Positions 41,500-51,558 of a stretch of DNA of 64,000 nt are shown in pieces. Below the pieces are notes generated by a model. That model was not told the DNA's origin and made no database searches. It saw only the letters and a list, made by a program, of their open reading frames with translations. The stretch comes from an uncultured Gammaproteobacteria bacterium (GTDB taxonomy: Bacteria > Pseudomonadota > Gammaproteobacteria > DRLM01), in NCBI GenBank assembly GCA_963729605.1, contig CAVSNY010000004.1, positions 256,001 to 320,000 on the forward strand, given 5' to 3'. The position numbers were made by a program, and so were the translations under genes. Every line of letters starts with the position of its first letter. Positions within the stretch are counted from its first letter, which is position 1.

Positions 41500-43302
41500 A
41501 TGCGTAGCCACTATTGCGGGCATGTCAATGAGTCTTTGGCGGAACAAGAGGTGGAAGTATGCGGCTGGGTGCGTCGCCGCCGCGACCACGGCGGGGTGAT
41601 CTTCGTCGATTTGCGTGACCGCGAAGGTGTTTTGCAGGTGGTGTTCGACCCCGACTCGCCCGAGACCTTCGCCACCGCCGAGCGCGTGCGCAGCGAATAT
41701 GTGCTGCGGGTGAAGGGCACGGTACGGCCGCGTCCCGCGGGTACCGAGAACGCCAATCTGCCCACCGGCCAAGTCGAGGTCATCGCCCGCCAGGTGGAGA
41801 TACTGAATCGCTCCGAGCCGTTGCCGTTCCAGGTGGAAGACGACAGCGAACTCAACGAAGAGATCCGGCTGCGCTACCGTTATCTCGATCTGCGCCGCCC
41901 GCAGATGCAGCGCCGTTTGCAGATGCGCGCGCAGACCACGCGCACCTTGCGCCGCTTCCTCGACGATCGCGGCTTCCTCGACATCGAGACGCCGATGCTC
42001 ACCAAGTCCACACCCGAAGGCGCGCGCGATTATCTGGTGCCGAGCCGCACCTATCCCGGCGAATTCTTCGCGCTGCCGCAGTCGCCGCAGCTGTTCAAAC
42101 AAATTCTCATGATGGCAGGCATGGACCGCTATTACCAAATCGTGCGCTGCTTCCGCGACGAGGACCTGCGCGCCGACCGTCAGCCCGAATTCACGCAGAT
42201 CGATATCGAGATGTCGTTCATCAACGAAGAGCAGATCATGAACCTCATGGAGGACATGATCCGCGAGCTGTTCGCGCAGGTGCTGGAAGTGCCGCTGCAC
42301 AGCCCGTTTCCGCGCATGACGTATGCCGAGGCCGTGGCGCGTTTCGGCATCGACCGTCCCGATCTGCGTATTCCGCTCGAACTGGTGGAATTGAAGGACG
42401 TGATGGCCAAGGTCGATTTCAAGGTGTTTTCCGCGCCGGCGAACGATGTGAACGGCCGCGTCGTCGCGCTGCGCCTGCCGAAGGGCGGCGAGCTGTCGCG
42501 TAAAGAGATCGATGATTACACCGCCTTCGTCGCGCGCTACGGCGCGAAGGGCCTCGCTTATATCAAAGTGAACGAAGCGGCCAAGGGCCGCGACGGTTTG
42601 CAATCGCCCATCGTCAAATTCCTGCCCGACGACGTGATCGCCGCCATCATGCAGCGCACCGGCGCCGAGGACGGCGATTTGATTTTCTTCGGCGCCGACA
42701 AGGCCAAGGTCGTCAACGAATCCATGGCCGCGCTGCGCGTGAAGCTCGGCCACGATCGCGATCTGGTGGAGCGCGGCTGGCGCCCGCTGTGGGTGGTCGA
42801 TTTCCCGATGTTCGAATACGACGACAAGGCCAATCGCTGGGTCGCCCTGCACCATCCCTTCACCGCGCCCAAGGTCAACGACATCGCCGACGTGACGCGC
42901 GACCCCGGCAACTGCATCTCGCGCGCCTACGACATGGTGCTCAACGGCACCGAACTCGGCGGCGGTTCGATCCGTATCCATCGTCCCGAAATGCAGCAGG
43001 CGGTGTTCGGTCTGCTCGGTATCGATGAACAAGAAGCGAAGGAAAAATTCGGTTTCCTGCTCGACGCGCTGTCGTTCGGCTGCCCGCCGCACGGCGGCCT
43101 CGCCTTTGGCCTCGACCGTCTGGTGATGCTGATGAGCGGAGCCGGTTCGATCCGCGACGTCATGGCCTTTCCGAAAACCCAATCGGCCTCCTGCCTGCTC
43201 ACCTCCGCGCCCTCGCCGGTGGCCGATACTCATCTGCGCGAACTCGGCATCCGCCTGCGCAAAGCGGAAGGGGAGAAGGCCGGCCAACCGGCCGGCACAT
43301 AA
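41500..43302 (+). CDS. aspS: Aspartate-tRNA ligase
   Basis: [53 protein letters not shown]. Confidence 0.98.
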   Translation: MRSHYCGHVNESLAEQEVEVCGWVRRRRDHGGVIFVDLRDREGVLQVVFDPDSPETFATAERVRSEYVLRVKGTVRPRPAGTENANLPTGQVEVIARQVEILNRSEPLPFQVEDDSELNEEIRLRYRYLDLRRPQMQRRLQMRAQTTRTLRRFLDDRGFLDIETPMLTKSTPEGARDYLVPSRTYPGEFFALPQSPQLFKQILMMAGMDRYYQIVRCFRDEDLRADRQPEFTQIDIEMSFINEEQIMNLMEDMIRELFAQVLEVPLHSPFPRMTYAEAVARFGIDRPDLRIPLELVELKDVMAKVDFKVFSAPANDVNGRVVALRLPKGGELSRKEIDDYTAFVARYGAKGLAYIKVNEAAKGRDGLQSPIVKFLPDDVIAAIMQRTGAEDGDLIFFGADKAKVVNESMAALRVKLGHDRDLVERGWRPLWVVDFPMFEYDDKANRWVALHHPFTAPKVNDIADVTRDPGNCISRAYDMVLNGTELGGGSIRIHRPEMQQAVFGLLGIDEQEAKEKFGFLLDALSFGCPPHGGLAFGLDRLVMLMSGAGSIRDVMAFPKTQSASCLLTSAPSPVADTHLRELGIRLRKAEGEKAGQPAGT

Positions 43303-43380
43303 TCCTTGCCTGCGTGGAACATTAGGCTTTAGAGTGAATCCATAGTGATGGACGGGGGTTCGCCGTACAGCGCTATCGAT

Positions 43381-43410
43381 GTAGGGCGGGTGAACGCAGC
43401 GTAACCCGCC
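43381..43410 (+). repeat. GTAG-type REP element
   Basis: GTAG followed by the palindrome GGCGGGT...ACCCGCC in the aspS-nadA gap. Confidence 0.6.
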
Positions 43411-43444
43411 AATACGCTTTACTTCTCGTGAACAGGTAATAAAC

Positions 43445-44548
43445 ATGGCCGCCAACGCACTCGCACTTCAACAATTCGCCGACATCGACGAGGCCGAGAT
43501 CGAGGCGCGCATCCGTGCGGCGAGGGAGAAACTCGGCGAGCGCGTGGTGATCTTGGGCCATCACTATCAACGCGAAGAAGTATTCCGCCACGCCGATGTC
43601 TCCGGCGATTCGCTGAAACTCTCGCGTTATGCGGCGCAGTCGAAAGCGGAATACATCGTGTTCTGCGGCGTGCACTTCATGGCCGAGGTCGCCGACATCC
43701 TGTCGCGGCCCGAACAGATTTCAATATTGCCCGACCTCGCCGCCGGCTGTTCGATGGCCGACATGGCCAATCTCGCCAAGGTCGAACGCGCGTGGCGCGA
43801 ATTGAACGAAGTGCTGGGCGACGCCGAGCAAACCATCACTCCCGTCACCTACATCAACTCCGCGGCGGATTTGAAGGCCTTTTGCGGCCGCCACGGCGGC
43901 ATCGTCTGCACCTCGTCGAACGCCAAGCAAGTATTGAGCTGGTCCTTCGCCCAGCGCGAAAAAGTGCTGTTTTTCCCGGACCAACACCTCGGCCGCAACA
44001 CCGGCTACGGCATGGGCATTCCGCTCGACGACATGGTGACCTGGGACTTCACGCGGCCCATGGGCGGCCTCACCGCCGAGCAAATCAAACAGGCGAAGAT
44101 CATTCTGTGGAAGGGTTTTTGCTCCGTGCACCAGATGTTCCAGCCCCAGCACATCGACGCCTTCCGCGCGAAGTATCCCGAGGGCAAGGTCATCTCCCAC
44201 CCCGAGTGCATGTTCGAGGTCTGCCAGAAATCCGATTACGTCGGCTCCACCGAATACATCATCAAGACCATCGCCGCCGCCGAAGCCGGCAGCCGTTGGC
44301 TGGTCGGCACCGAACTCAACCTCGTCAACCGCCTCGCCGAACGCTTCAAGGCCGAAGGCAAACACGTGCACTTCATGTCGCCGACCATTTGCATGTGCTC
44401 CACCATGTTCCGTATCAATCCTCAACACCTGTTATGGGTTTTGGAAAATCTGGTGGAGGGTAAGGTGGTGAATCAAATCAAGGTGCCGCCGGAGGAAGCG
44501 CGTTACGCGCGGATTACCTTGGAACGCATGCTGGAAGTATCGCCTTAG
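43445..44548 (+). CDS. nadA: Quinolinate synthase
   Basis: GHHYQ, FCGVHFMAE, AGCSMAD, YINS, VCTSSN, CSVH, HPEC, CSTM. Confidence 0.96.
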   Translation: MAANALALQQFADIDEAEIEARIRAAREKLGERVVILGHHYQREEVFRHADVSGDSLKLSRYAAQSKAEYIVFCGVHFMAEVADILSRPEQISILPDLAAGCSMADMANLAKVERAWRELNEVLGDAEQTITPVTYINSAADLKAFCGRHGGIVCTSSNAKQVLSWSFAQREKVLFFPDQHLGRNTGYGMGIPLDDMVTWDFTRPMGGLTAEQIKQAKIILWKGFCSVHQMFQPQHIDAFRAKYPEGKVISHPECMFEVCQKSDYVGSTEYIIKTIAAAEAGSRWLVGTELNLVNRLAERFKAEGKHVHFMSPTICMCSTMFRINPQHLLWVLENLVEGKVVNQIKVPPEEARYARITLERMLEVSP

Positions 44549-45125
44549 GCGTGTAAACAGCTCCGACTTGATCCGACGGTCTGTGTCAGATGGAGCTAAG
44601 CCTGGAGCTTGCCTTGTCCGAGTTCGGCCAGGAGCAACAGTTTGTGACCGTGCAGCCCTGTGACCGCTCTTGGCCATAGCGGGTATTGAAGGCTTGCAGC
44701 TTGTGCGACCGCTCATCTTCATGTTCCAGCCGTTCGCACATTTCCAAGAAAAACTTAGTTGTCTTCAGCCGGAACGACCGCTTGTCGAAAATGCCTACCC
44801 ACCCTTTCGACCTCGAACAGTCAGTTACGCTCAAGCTGTCTAAGGCCTGTTCTGCAGCGTAAAAGCAGTCACCCCATTCCAAGTTGTCTAGTCGGCACCC
44901 ACTGGCCTTTTTGGTGTGCCCTTGCTCCGCCGCAGAAGAGCCACGACACATGCAGCGAAGCAAAAAAGCCGTGCTGATTTTTAGAGTCGGCACAATCAGC
45001 TCTACCCATGGGTTTTGGACGGTTCGCTCCCCTCTTGACCACTTTTAGCCCCACTAGAGAATTATGTTGGGGTAATATTGGGCAAAGAAATTGGTACGAA
45101 CTGGCGGCACTAGCCAGCCCGTCCT

Positions 45126-45602
45126 TTGTTCGAGGGAGAACATTATTTGATTTTTCTAGATCAAACCAGGCGTCACCGGAAATTCTACGTTATCACTCTA
45201 TCCATCCTACTGGCGCTATTCTGCTTTCGCGTGCTAGCACAGTTGCTACAGCGTTACATCGAGATTTCTTTCTTGCCACCATTTGATGCATGGCAAAGTG
45301 GTGCCGTGCCTTACAATGCCTTATTCGCATCACAGGTGGTGATTATTGTTGTCTACGGGTGGATTCTGCGGCGTATCATGATGGATAAAATTCAACCGAG
45401 CAGCAGGCAAGGATGGATATTTCTCATCATCGGCCTGATTTATTTTTTTGTCATGGTGGCGCGCCTGTTCATTGGTTTGACCGGTCTTTCCGAACACCAC
45501 TGGTTCCATAGTTATTTGCCTACCCTGTTCCATTTTGTACTTTCGGGCTATTTAATTGCATTGGGTTATTTTCATCTCCAGGCTGCGGGGCAACGACTAT
45601 GA
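45126..45602 (+). CDS. Four-TM hypothetical membrane protein (start uncertain)
   Basis: Four hydrophobic segments with FLPPFDAWQSG and FHFVL motifs; ATGA overlap with the next gene. Confidence 0.7.
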   Translation: MFEGEHYLIFLDQTRRHRKFYVITLSILLALFCFRVLAQLLQRYIEISFLPPFDAWQSGAVPYNALFASQVVIIVVYGWILRRIMMDKIQPSSRQGWIFLIIGLIYFFVMVARLFIGLTGLSEHHWFHSYLPTLFHFVLSGYLIALGYFHLQAAGQRL

Positions 45603-48202
45603 GCTACGCGGCTTCCGCGACCCCATCAAATGCCCAGCGTCCTCTGTGGCAGGAATTTATTGCTCTGATCGCCTACCCGGCCTCGTTTTTTCTCGCTGTC
45701 GCGGCGTTTCTCTGGTTCAACGCAAACGGCTATCCGAAATGGATTAGCGCCTATCTTCCGGTGATTGTCTGCGCGGTGGTGGTATTGCCCTTGCTGGAGC
45801 GTGTTATACCGCATCGCCGCGACTGGCGGCCGGGCAGACGGGAATGGTTTACCGATGCGCTCTACACCATCGTCATACAAATCGCTATGCCGCCCCTGCT
45901 CGCACTGCTCGTGGTGCTTGGTTTGAGCGATTTTACCCAACCGTATCTGCATTCCTCCCTGTGGCCGCATCAATGGCCGATACTGGCCCAGGGCATTTTG
46001 ATGGTGCTGCTAGTTGATCTCATGCGCTATTGGTTGCATCGGTTCGCACACACCAATCCAACCCTGTGGCGATTGCACGCGGTGCACCATTCGCCCGATA
46101 AGCTTTATTGGCTCAATACGGCGCGCTTTCATCCGCTGGAGAAGACCTTGCATTTTGCATTGGACTCGATGCCGTTCATTCTTTTGGGCGTCAATGAATA
46201 CGTCCTGGCATTCTACTTCGTCTGCTACGCGGTGAACGGCTTTTACCAGCACAGCAACGTTTACCTCCGTCTAGGTCCACTCAGTTACATTTTCAGCACT
46301 GCCGAATTGCACCGCTGGCATCACTCGAAAATCGTGCGGGAAGCTAATCACAATTACAGCAACACCACGATATTCTGGGACATCGTGTTCGGTACGTATT
46401 ACCGCCCGCGTGACCACAATATGGCGCGTGCTGGCATACAAAATGATCGCTACCCGATGAGTTTCGGCCGTCAACTGCTCGGGCCCTTCATGAGAAATCT
46501 GGAAAGTCGAGACGTGTTTGTGCCCACGCTGCGCGAGGCCACGATGAATCTCCTGCTGCGGCTAGGCTTCGCGAAAATCAATCGTACGTATTGGCGCGAC
46601 CTAGAAAAGGCCACGCACGACGTTGCGGAGACGCAAAATAGGGTGTTGCGAGGAATCATGCAACAGAACCGGGAGACTGTGTTCGGCCAGCGCCACCATT
46701 TCGCCGAGGTCCTTTCCATCCCCGATTATCAACGCCTGTGTCCGGTGCAGACCTACAACAGCCTGCGCCCGTACATCGATGAGCAGGAAAGTGACAGCAA
46801 ACCTGCCATCACGGCGGAACAGGCGTTGTTTTACGCCAAGACCAGCGGCAGTACCGGCACAGCGAAACTTTTACCGGTTACGCCTACTATGGTCGCGCAA
46901 ATCAAGCACCAGCAGGCCGTGGCCGGATTTCTACAATACCGCGCCTGTCCGCGCGCATTCCTGGGTGCGTTGCTCGGCATCACGGGTGCAGTCGAGGAGG
47001 AAAGAACCGCTACTGGAAAGGTGGTCGGTGCTATCTCGGGAGTCATGTTCGAAATGCTGCCCTGGCCGATGAAACGGAAATTCATCGTGCCGTCCGTGAC
47101 GTTCTCCATCAAGGATCATCTGACGAAGTATATGTTGATTTTGCGTTTGGCGCTGGCTGAAAGAGGCATCACCTATATCGCCACCGCCAACCCGTCCACG
47201 TTCGTATTGCTGCTGGAGTTGGCGCACAAGTATCGCGACGAATTGTTGGTGGGAATTGAGACGGGACTGTGGCCCGCCGAACGCCCGCTACCTCCCGAAG
47301 TTTTCGAGGCGGTGAAGCGCAAGCTCCGGCCGGATCAGGCTAGGGCCACCGAGTTGAGGGAATTGTTCGCTGCAAAGGAACAGCTAGTGATACGGGACAT
47401 CTGGCCCCATGTTGCACTGCTGGCAACATGGACGGGGGGCAACTGCCGCATTCCACTACAGACCATCAAGGCGCAATTGCCCGAACAGACCGTTACGATG
47501 GACCTGGGTCTTATGGCGAGCGAGTGTCGCACTACGCTGGCGGTTGAAGCAGGCACTTCCTCCGGCCTGCCGGTTTTCATGGATTATTTCTTCGAGTTCG
47601 TCGAGCGTGATCGCTGGGACAATAAGAAGCCGGAATTCCTGACGCTGGACCGGCTGGAACAGGGAAAGGAGTACTACATTTTCGTCACGACTACAGCTGG
47701 ACTCTATCGTTATGACATGAACGACATTGTCATCGTGACCGGCCGCCGCCACGACGTCCCACTGATCGAGTTCCTCCAGAAGGGCCGTGGCGTGACTAAT
47801 ATCACTGGCGAGAAAATATACGAAACCCAGGTGATACAGGCCACCGCGGATACAGCGGCACAATGTTCACTGACCTTTCCGTTTTTTATCGTGCTCGCTG
47901 ATCGCTTCGCCGGATGCTATGAATTTTACTTCGAGTTGAACGGTTCATCTGCGTTGGACATCGAGGAACTAAGCCGCCTGCTCGATGAGAATCTCTGCCG
48001 TCAGAACGACGAGTACATGCAGAAACGCGCCAGTAGCCGACTTAAGCCGCTGATGGCGTGGCAGCTCAAGCCGGGGACGGCCACGAATTTCCGTACGCAC
48101 CTAGTGAAGCGCGGCCAGAAGGAAGGCCAGTTTAAGGTCCAGTGCCTGGCTTACAAGGACGAGGTCGATTTTGATTTCCATCCACAACTCATGACGGAGT
48201 AG
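45599..48202 (+). CDS. Fatty-acid hydroxylase/sterol desaturase fused to GH3 acyl-adenylate amido synthetase
   Basis: His boxes HRFAH, HAVHH, QHSN, HRWHH; GH3 motifs TSGSTGTAK, GLMASE, FFEF, GLYRYDMND, GEK. Confidence 0.88.
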   Translation: MSYAASATPSNAQRPLWQEFIALIAYPASFFLAVAAFLWFNANGYPKWISAYLPVIVCAVVVLPLLERVIPHRRDWRPGRREWFTDALYTIVIQIAMPPLLALLVVLGLSDFTQPYLHSSLWPHQWPILAQGILMVLLVDLMRYWLHRFAHTNPTLWRLHAVHHSPDKLYWLNTARFHPLEKTLHFALDSMPFILLGVNEYVLAFYFVCYAVNGFYQHSNVYLRLGPLSYIFSTAELHRWHHSKIVREANHNYSNTTIFWDIVFGTYYRPRDHNMARAGIQNDRYPMSFGRQLLGPFMRNLESRDVFVPTLREATMNLLLRLGFAKINRTYWRDLEKATHDVAETQNRVLRGIMQQNRETVFGQRHHFAEVLSIPDYQRLCPVQTYNSLRPYIDEQESDSKPAITAEQALFYAKTSGSTGTAKLLPVTPTMVAQIKHQQAVAGFLQYRACPRAFLGALLGITGAVEEERTATGKVVGAISGVMFEMLPWPMKRKFIVPSVTFSIKDHLTKYMLILRLALAERGITYIATANPSTFVLLLELAHKYRDELLVGIETGLWPAERPLPPEVFEAVKRKLRPDQARATELRELFAAKEQLVIRDIWPHVALLATWTGGNCRIPLQTIKAQLPEQTVTMDLGLMASECRTTLAVEAGTSSGLPVFMDYFFEFVERDRWDNKKPEFLTLDRLEQGKEYYIFVTTTAGLYRYDMNDIVIVTGRRHDVPLIEFLQKGRGVTNITGEKIYETQVIQATADTAAQCSLTFPFFIVLADRFAGCYEFYFELNGSSALDIEELSRLLDENLCRQNDEYMQKRASSRLKPLMAWQLKPGTATNFRTHLVKRGQKEGQFKVQCLAYKDEVDFDFHPQLMTE

Positions 48203-48209
48203 TGCGTAC

Positions 48210-49410
48210 GTGAAAATTGCGAGCCTTGACCTGGCACCGTTGCGGATTCCCTTCCGGGTATCCTTTAAGCACGCCTCAGCAGAACGTAACATCACACAGA
48301 GCTTTATGGTTATCGCCCGTTCAGAAGCAGGCTTCTTTGGTTACGGCGAAGGCTGTCCGCGCGACTATGTCACGGGCGAGACCGATGCCAGCGTTGCCGC
48401 GTTCTTCGGCAGATATCGCGATGACATCGCGGCCAAGATCGTCGGTTCGTCGAGCCTGCAGGAATGGATACGGGCCCATCAACGGGATATCGATCAAAAC
48501 CCGGCGGCATGGTGCGCGATAGAGCTGGCACTGCTCGATCTATTTGCTCGGCAAGACAATGTTCCCATGGAAATGCTGCTGGGCTTGCCGCCGCTCGCAG
48601 GACCGTTTGTTTACAGCGCCGTGCTCGGCGCCACTGACACGAAACGGTTTACCGAGATATTGGAACGCTACCGGAAGTTCGGTATGCGCGATTACAAGAT
48701 CAAGCTTTCAGGCGATGTCGACCGCGATCGCGGAAATCTTGCCGCTCTGTACTCCGCGGGCATCGTACCGGCGCAGGTGCGGGCAGATGCGAATAACCTC
48801 TGGTCCGATCTCAATGTCGCGCAAGACTATCTCAAATCCCTAGACTATCCCTTCGCCGCCATCGAAGAACCGCTCCGGCCCGGTCAGTTCGCCGATCTGG
48901 CGACGCTTGCCGACTCCCTCGCGGCCCGCATCGTGCTGGACGAAAGCATCACGCGGGAGAATCAGCTCGCGCAGTTGCCGGCACCGCCCGGTCGGTGGAT
49001 CGTCAATCTCCGGGTTTCAAAAATGGGCGGCTTGTTGCGCTCGCTCGCTGTGGCGAACCGTTGCCGCGAAATGGGGCTCGCGCTGGTTGTCGGCGCTCAG
49101 GTGGGCGAAACTAGCCTGCTCACGCGCGCAGCGCTGATTGCCGCCCTGAAAAGTTTCGGCGTTGACCTGGGCGAGCCTGCTCACGCGCGCAGCGCTGATT
49201 GTGGCGCAGGCAGCGCGCGACAGCGTGATTGCGCAGGAAGGGGCGTTCGGTACCATGTTGTTGGAATCCGATGCCGTGCAACCAATGCTCATGTTCGGCG
49301 CAAAGGGTGAGCTCGATATCCTTTCAGCGCGACTTGACCGGTCACCGGGCTTTGGTTTGACGCCGATACCGGATCTTGCTGATCGTTATCTCAAGCACGG
49401 AGTAGGCTAA
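48210..49410 (+). pseudogene. Enolase-superfamily (MLE/dipeptide epimerase-like) enzyme disrupted by a 61-bp insertion
   Basis: FKHA, GYGEG, KIK, DANN, EEP, DES, SKMGG, VGETS. Removing 61 bp joins ORF 48210 to ORF 49162-49410, giving 379 aa. Confidence 0.88.
49113..49201. repeat. Exact 28-bp direct repeat flanking a 33-bp insert (repeat-spacer-repeat)
   Basis: AGCCTGCTCACGCGCGCAGCGCTGATTG at 49113-49140 and 49174-49201; insert CCGCCCTGAAAAGTTTCGGCGTTGACCTGGGCG. Confidence 0.95.
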
Positions 49411-49412
49411 AG

Positions 49413-49556
49413 TTGGTCGCAGCGATAGGCTTTCTCGGCATGCTCCTCTCCGGCTGCCAGAGTATCGTCGGCGCTCTCGTGTTGCCCAAAGATGGTATCC
49501 GCTCAAGTGAATACCGCGTGCACATAAATCGCGACGCGGCCATATCTTGGCATTGA
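49413..49556 (+). pseudogene. Truncated lipoprotein gene (47 codons)
   Basis: TTG start after GGAG; MVAAIGFLGMLLSGC lipobox, then an early stop into degenerate sequence. Confidence 0.45.
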
Positions 49557-49948
49557 GGTAGACGACGCGCTGGATATTTCCGAGCAAACTGACATCTAGC
49601 CAACAATTTGCGGCCGCACGTAACTTGGCGTGCGGCCGCTTTATGGCATCATGCTGTGTGCGTACTCCTGGTCAAAAGCGAGCTTTGAGTTCTTTTCAAT
49701 GCAGGGTGGGCTCGCATCGCGGAGCCCATCAAGCGTTGCCCGGAACACAATGCCGTAGCCTTGTTTATTTGGTGCAATGCACTGCGTCTATTGCACCCCA
49801 CGGTCCTCGCCATCCCGAATGCCAAGCAAGCCGCTTCATGATCAAGTCGGCGTTGGCGGCGGCTGATCACCCTTAATCCGGCAAGCACTGCTTTTTGAGT
49901 TACGCTGAAATAGCGCCGCGCTACTTTCAAGTGAACCTTGAGTTGTGT

Positions 49949-50473
49949 TCAATCCACGAAGGTGACGATCTCTCCCAGGCGCCGCCGCGGTGTGTTTTCC
50001 GGCAACTCCGCCGGATAACCCACGCTGAGCAGGGCCACCGGCACCATGCCGGTCGGCAGGGCAAGCAGCTTCGCGACTTTCTGATCGTCGAATTGACCGA
50101 CCCAGGTCGAGCCCATGCCCGCCGCGACGATGGCGAGTTGGGCGTAGGCGGCGGCGATGGTGGCGTCTTGCACGGCGTAGAGTTGCGCGCCGCGCGGACC
50201 GAATTCTTGCGCGGAGCGCGCCGGGTCGGCGGCGAATACCAAGCAGAGCGGCGCCTGGCCGATGAAGGGTTGGTCACCGGCCGCTTGTTGCAAGGCGAGC
50301 CGCAGGCTGCGATCGCTCACCACGCTGATGCGGTAGGCTTGCAAGTCGCCGGCCGACGGCGCAGCCACCGCCATTTCCAAAACGGCGTGGAGTTTTTCCT
50401 GTTCCACCGGGAGGTCGGCCTGATATTTCCGGACGGAGTGGCGGTGGCGTACGGTCTCGAAAAAATCCCACAT
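49949..50473 (-). CDS. Nitroreductase family protein
   Basis: RHSVRKY, APSAGDLQ, AAGMGSTWVG, SVGYP. Confidence 0.92.
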   Translation of the reverse strand: MWDFFETVRHRHSVRKYQADLPVEQEKLHAVLEMAVAAPSAGDLQAYRISVVSDRSLRLALQQAAGDQPFIGQAPLCLVFAADPARSAQEFGPRGAQLYAVQDATIAAAYAQLAIVAAGMGSTWVGQFDDQKVAKLLALPTGMVPVALLSVGYPAELPENTPRRRLGEIVTFVD

Positions 50474-50520
50474 GCGGGTCTCCTTCTTTTATTTGACGCC
50501 GGTCGGGGCTCGGCGTCCCG

Positions 50521-51300
50521 TTACGGCGCGCCGCTTTCCGTCGTCCGGTTTTCTTTCGCGGCGCGCTCGGGGAAATTGAGCGCCAGTACCCGCCGCGCGT
50601 CGGCGGCCAGGTCGTTCACGCCCAATTTGTCGTAGGCCTCGGCCATCAACACCAAGGCATCGGGCACCGAGGGGGTTTGGTCGTAGTGTTCGATGATGTA
50701 TTTGGCGCGGCCGGCGGCGGCGACGTAGGCGGCCTTTTTCATGTAGAACTCGGCGGTGTACAGCTCGCCGCGCGCCAGGGTGTTGCGCAGGTAGATCATC
50801 CGTTGCGCGGCGTCCGCGCTGTAGGGGCTGGCGGGGAAACGTTGAACGAGTTCGGAGAAGTATTGAAACGATTCCTGCACCGCGCGCGGGTCGCGCTGCG
50901 CCGGGTCGAGGCTGAATTTTTTCTCGAAATAATCTTCTTTCGGAAAACGCGCCAGGCCTTTTATGTAATAGGCGTAGTCCACCCGCTCATGGCGCGGATA
51001 GAGTTTGATGAACTGGTCGGCGGCGGCGATGGAGGATTCCGGCTCCTCGAATTTGTAGTAGGCGTAGGCGATGTCCAACTGGGCCTGTTGCGCGTAAACG
51101 CCGAAGGGATGGCGGGCCACCAGGTTTTCGAAATATTCGACGGCCCTTTTGTAATCGCCGATCGACATGGCCTGCTGGCCTTCTTCGTAGAAACGGCTGG
51201 CGGGCCAGGCATCCTGGTTGTCTTCGGATTTGCTGAACATCGCGCAGCCCGAGAGCAGGGCGGTGGCAAGCATCACTACGAAAAAACGTTGCATCATCAT
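50521..51300 (-). CDS. bamD: Outer membrane assembly lipoprotein BamD
   Basis: LSGC lipobox; HPFGVYAQQAQLDIAYAYY, YAYYIKGL, RDP, FPASPYSADA; next to rluD. Confidence 0.93.
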   Translation of the reverse strand: MMMQRFFVVMLATALLSGCAMFSKSEDNQDAWPASRFYEEGQQAMSIGDYKRAVEYFENLVARHPFGVYAQQAQLDIAYAYYKFEEPESSIAAADQFIKLYPRHERVDYAYYIKGLARFPKEDYFEKKFSLDPAQRDPRAVQESFQYFSELVQRFPASPYSADAAQRMIYLRNTLARGELYTAEFYMKKAAYVAAAGRAKYIIEHYDQTPSVPDALVLMAEAYDKLGVNDLAADARRVLALNFPERAAKENRTTESGAP

Positions 51301-51558
51301 TCTGGCGTCCACTGGATTGTCGAGGGTAAATAATACGCGTTGACGGCGCCGGGCGTTAGGGGCGCTCGAAAAATTTCTCCGGCCGCCGGTAGATTCGCGA
51401 TTTGACATGGCGCGCGAGGCGGGTTTTTCGCGGCTTGAGAAATGTTTTACCGGAGGACTAGAACCTATCTCAACTCCCTTCTCCCGCCAAGGGGGGATGA
51501 CGGCGGACACCTGTTTAAAGCGCGATGATTCCTTTGAGATAGGGCCAATAAAATCGTG

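Noticed and set aside
38459-43455. Long alternative ORFs 38459-40486 and 41428-43455
   Set aside because: Off-frame or antisense shadows of the Atm1 exporter and aspS; no motifs.
44546-44993. Possible IS5-family end (TAGGCGTGTAAACA) and decayed transposase at the island's left border
   Set aside because: Only vague similarity (ERL..KL..TRY); no matching second end or target duplication found.
49595-49650. Hairpin as an integron attC site
   Set aside because: No RYYYAAC/GTTRRRY core pair.
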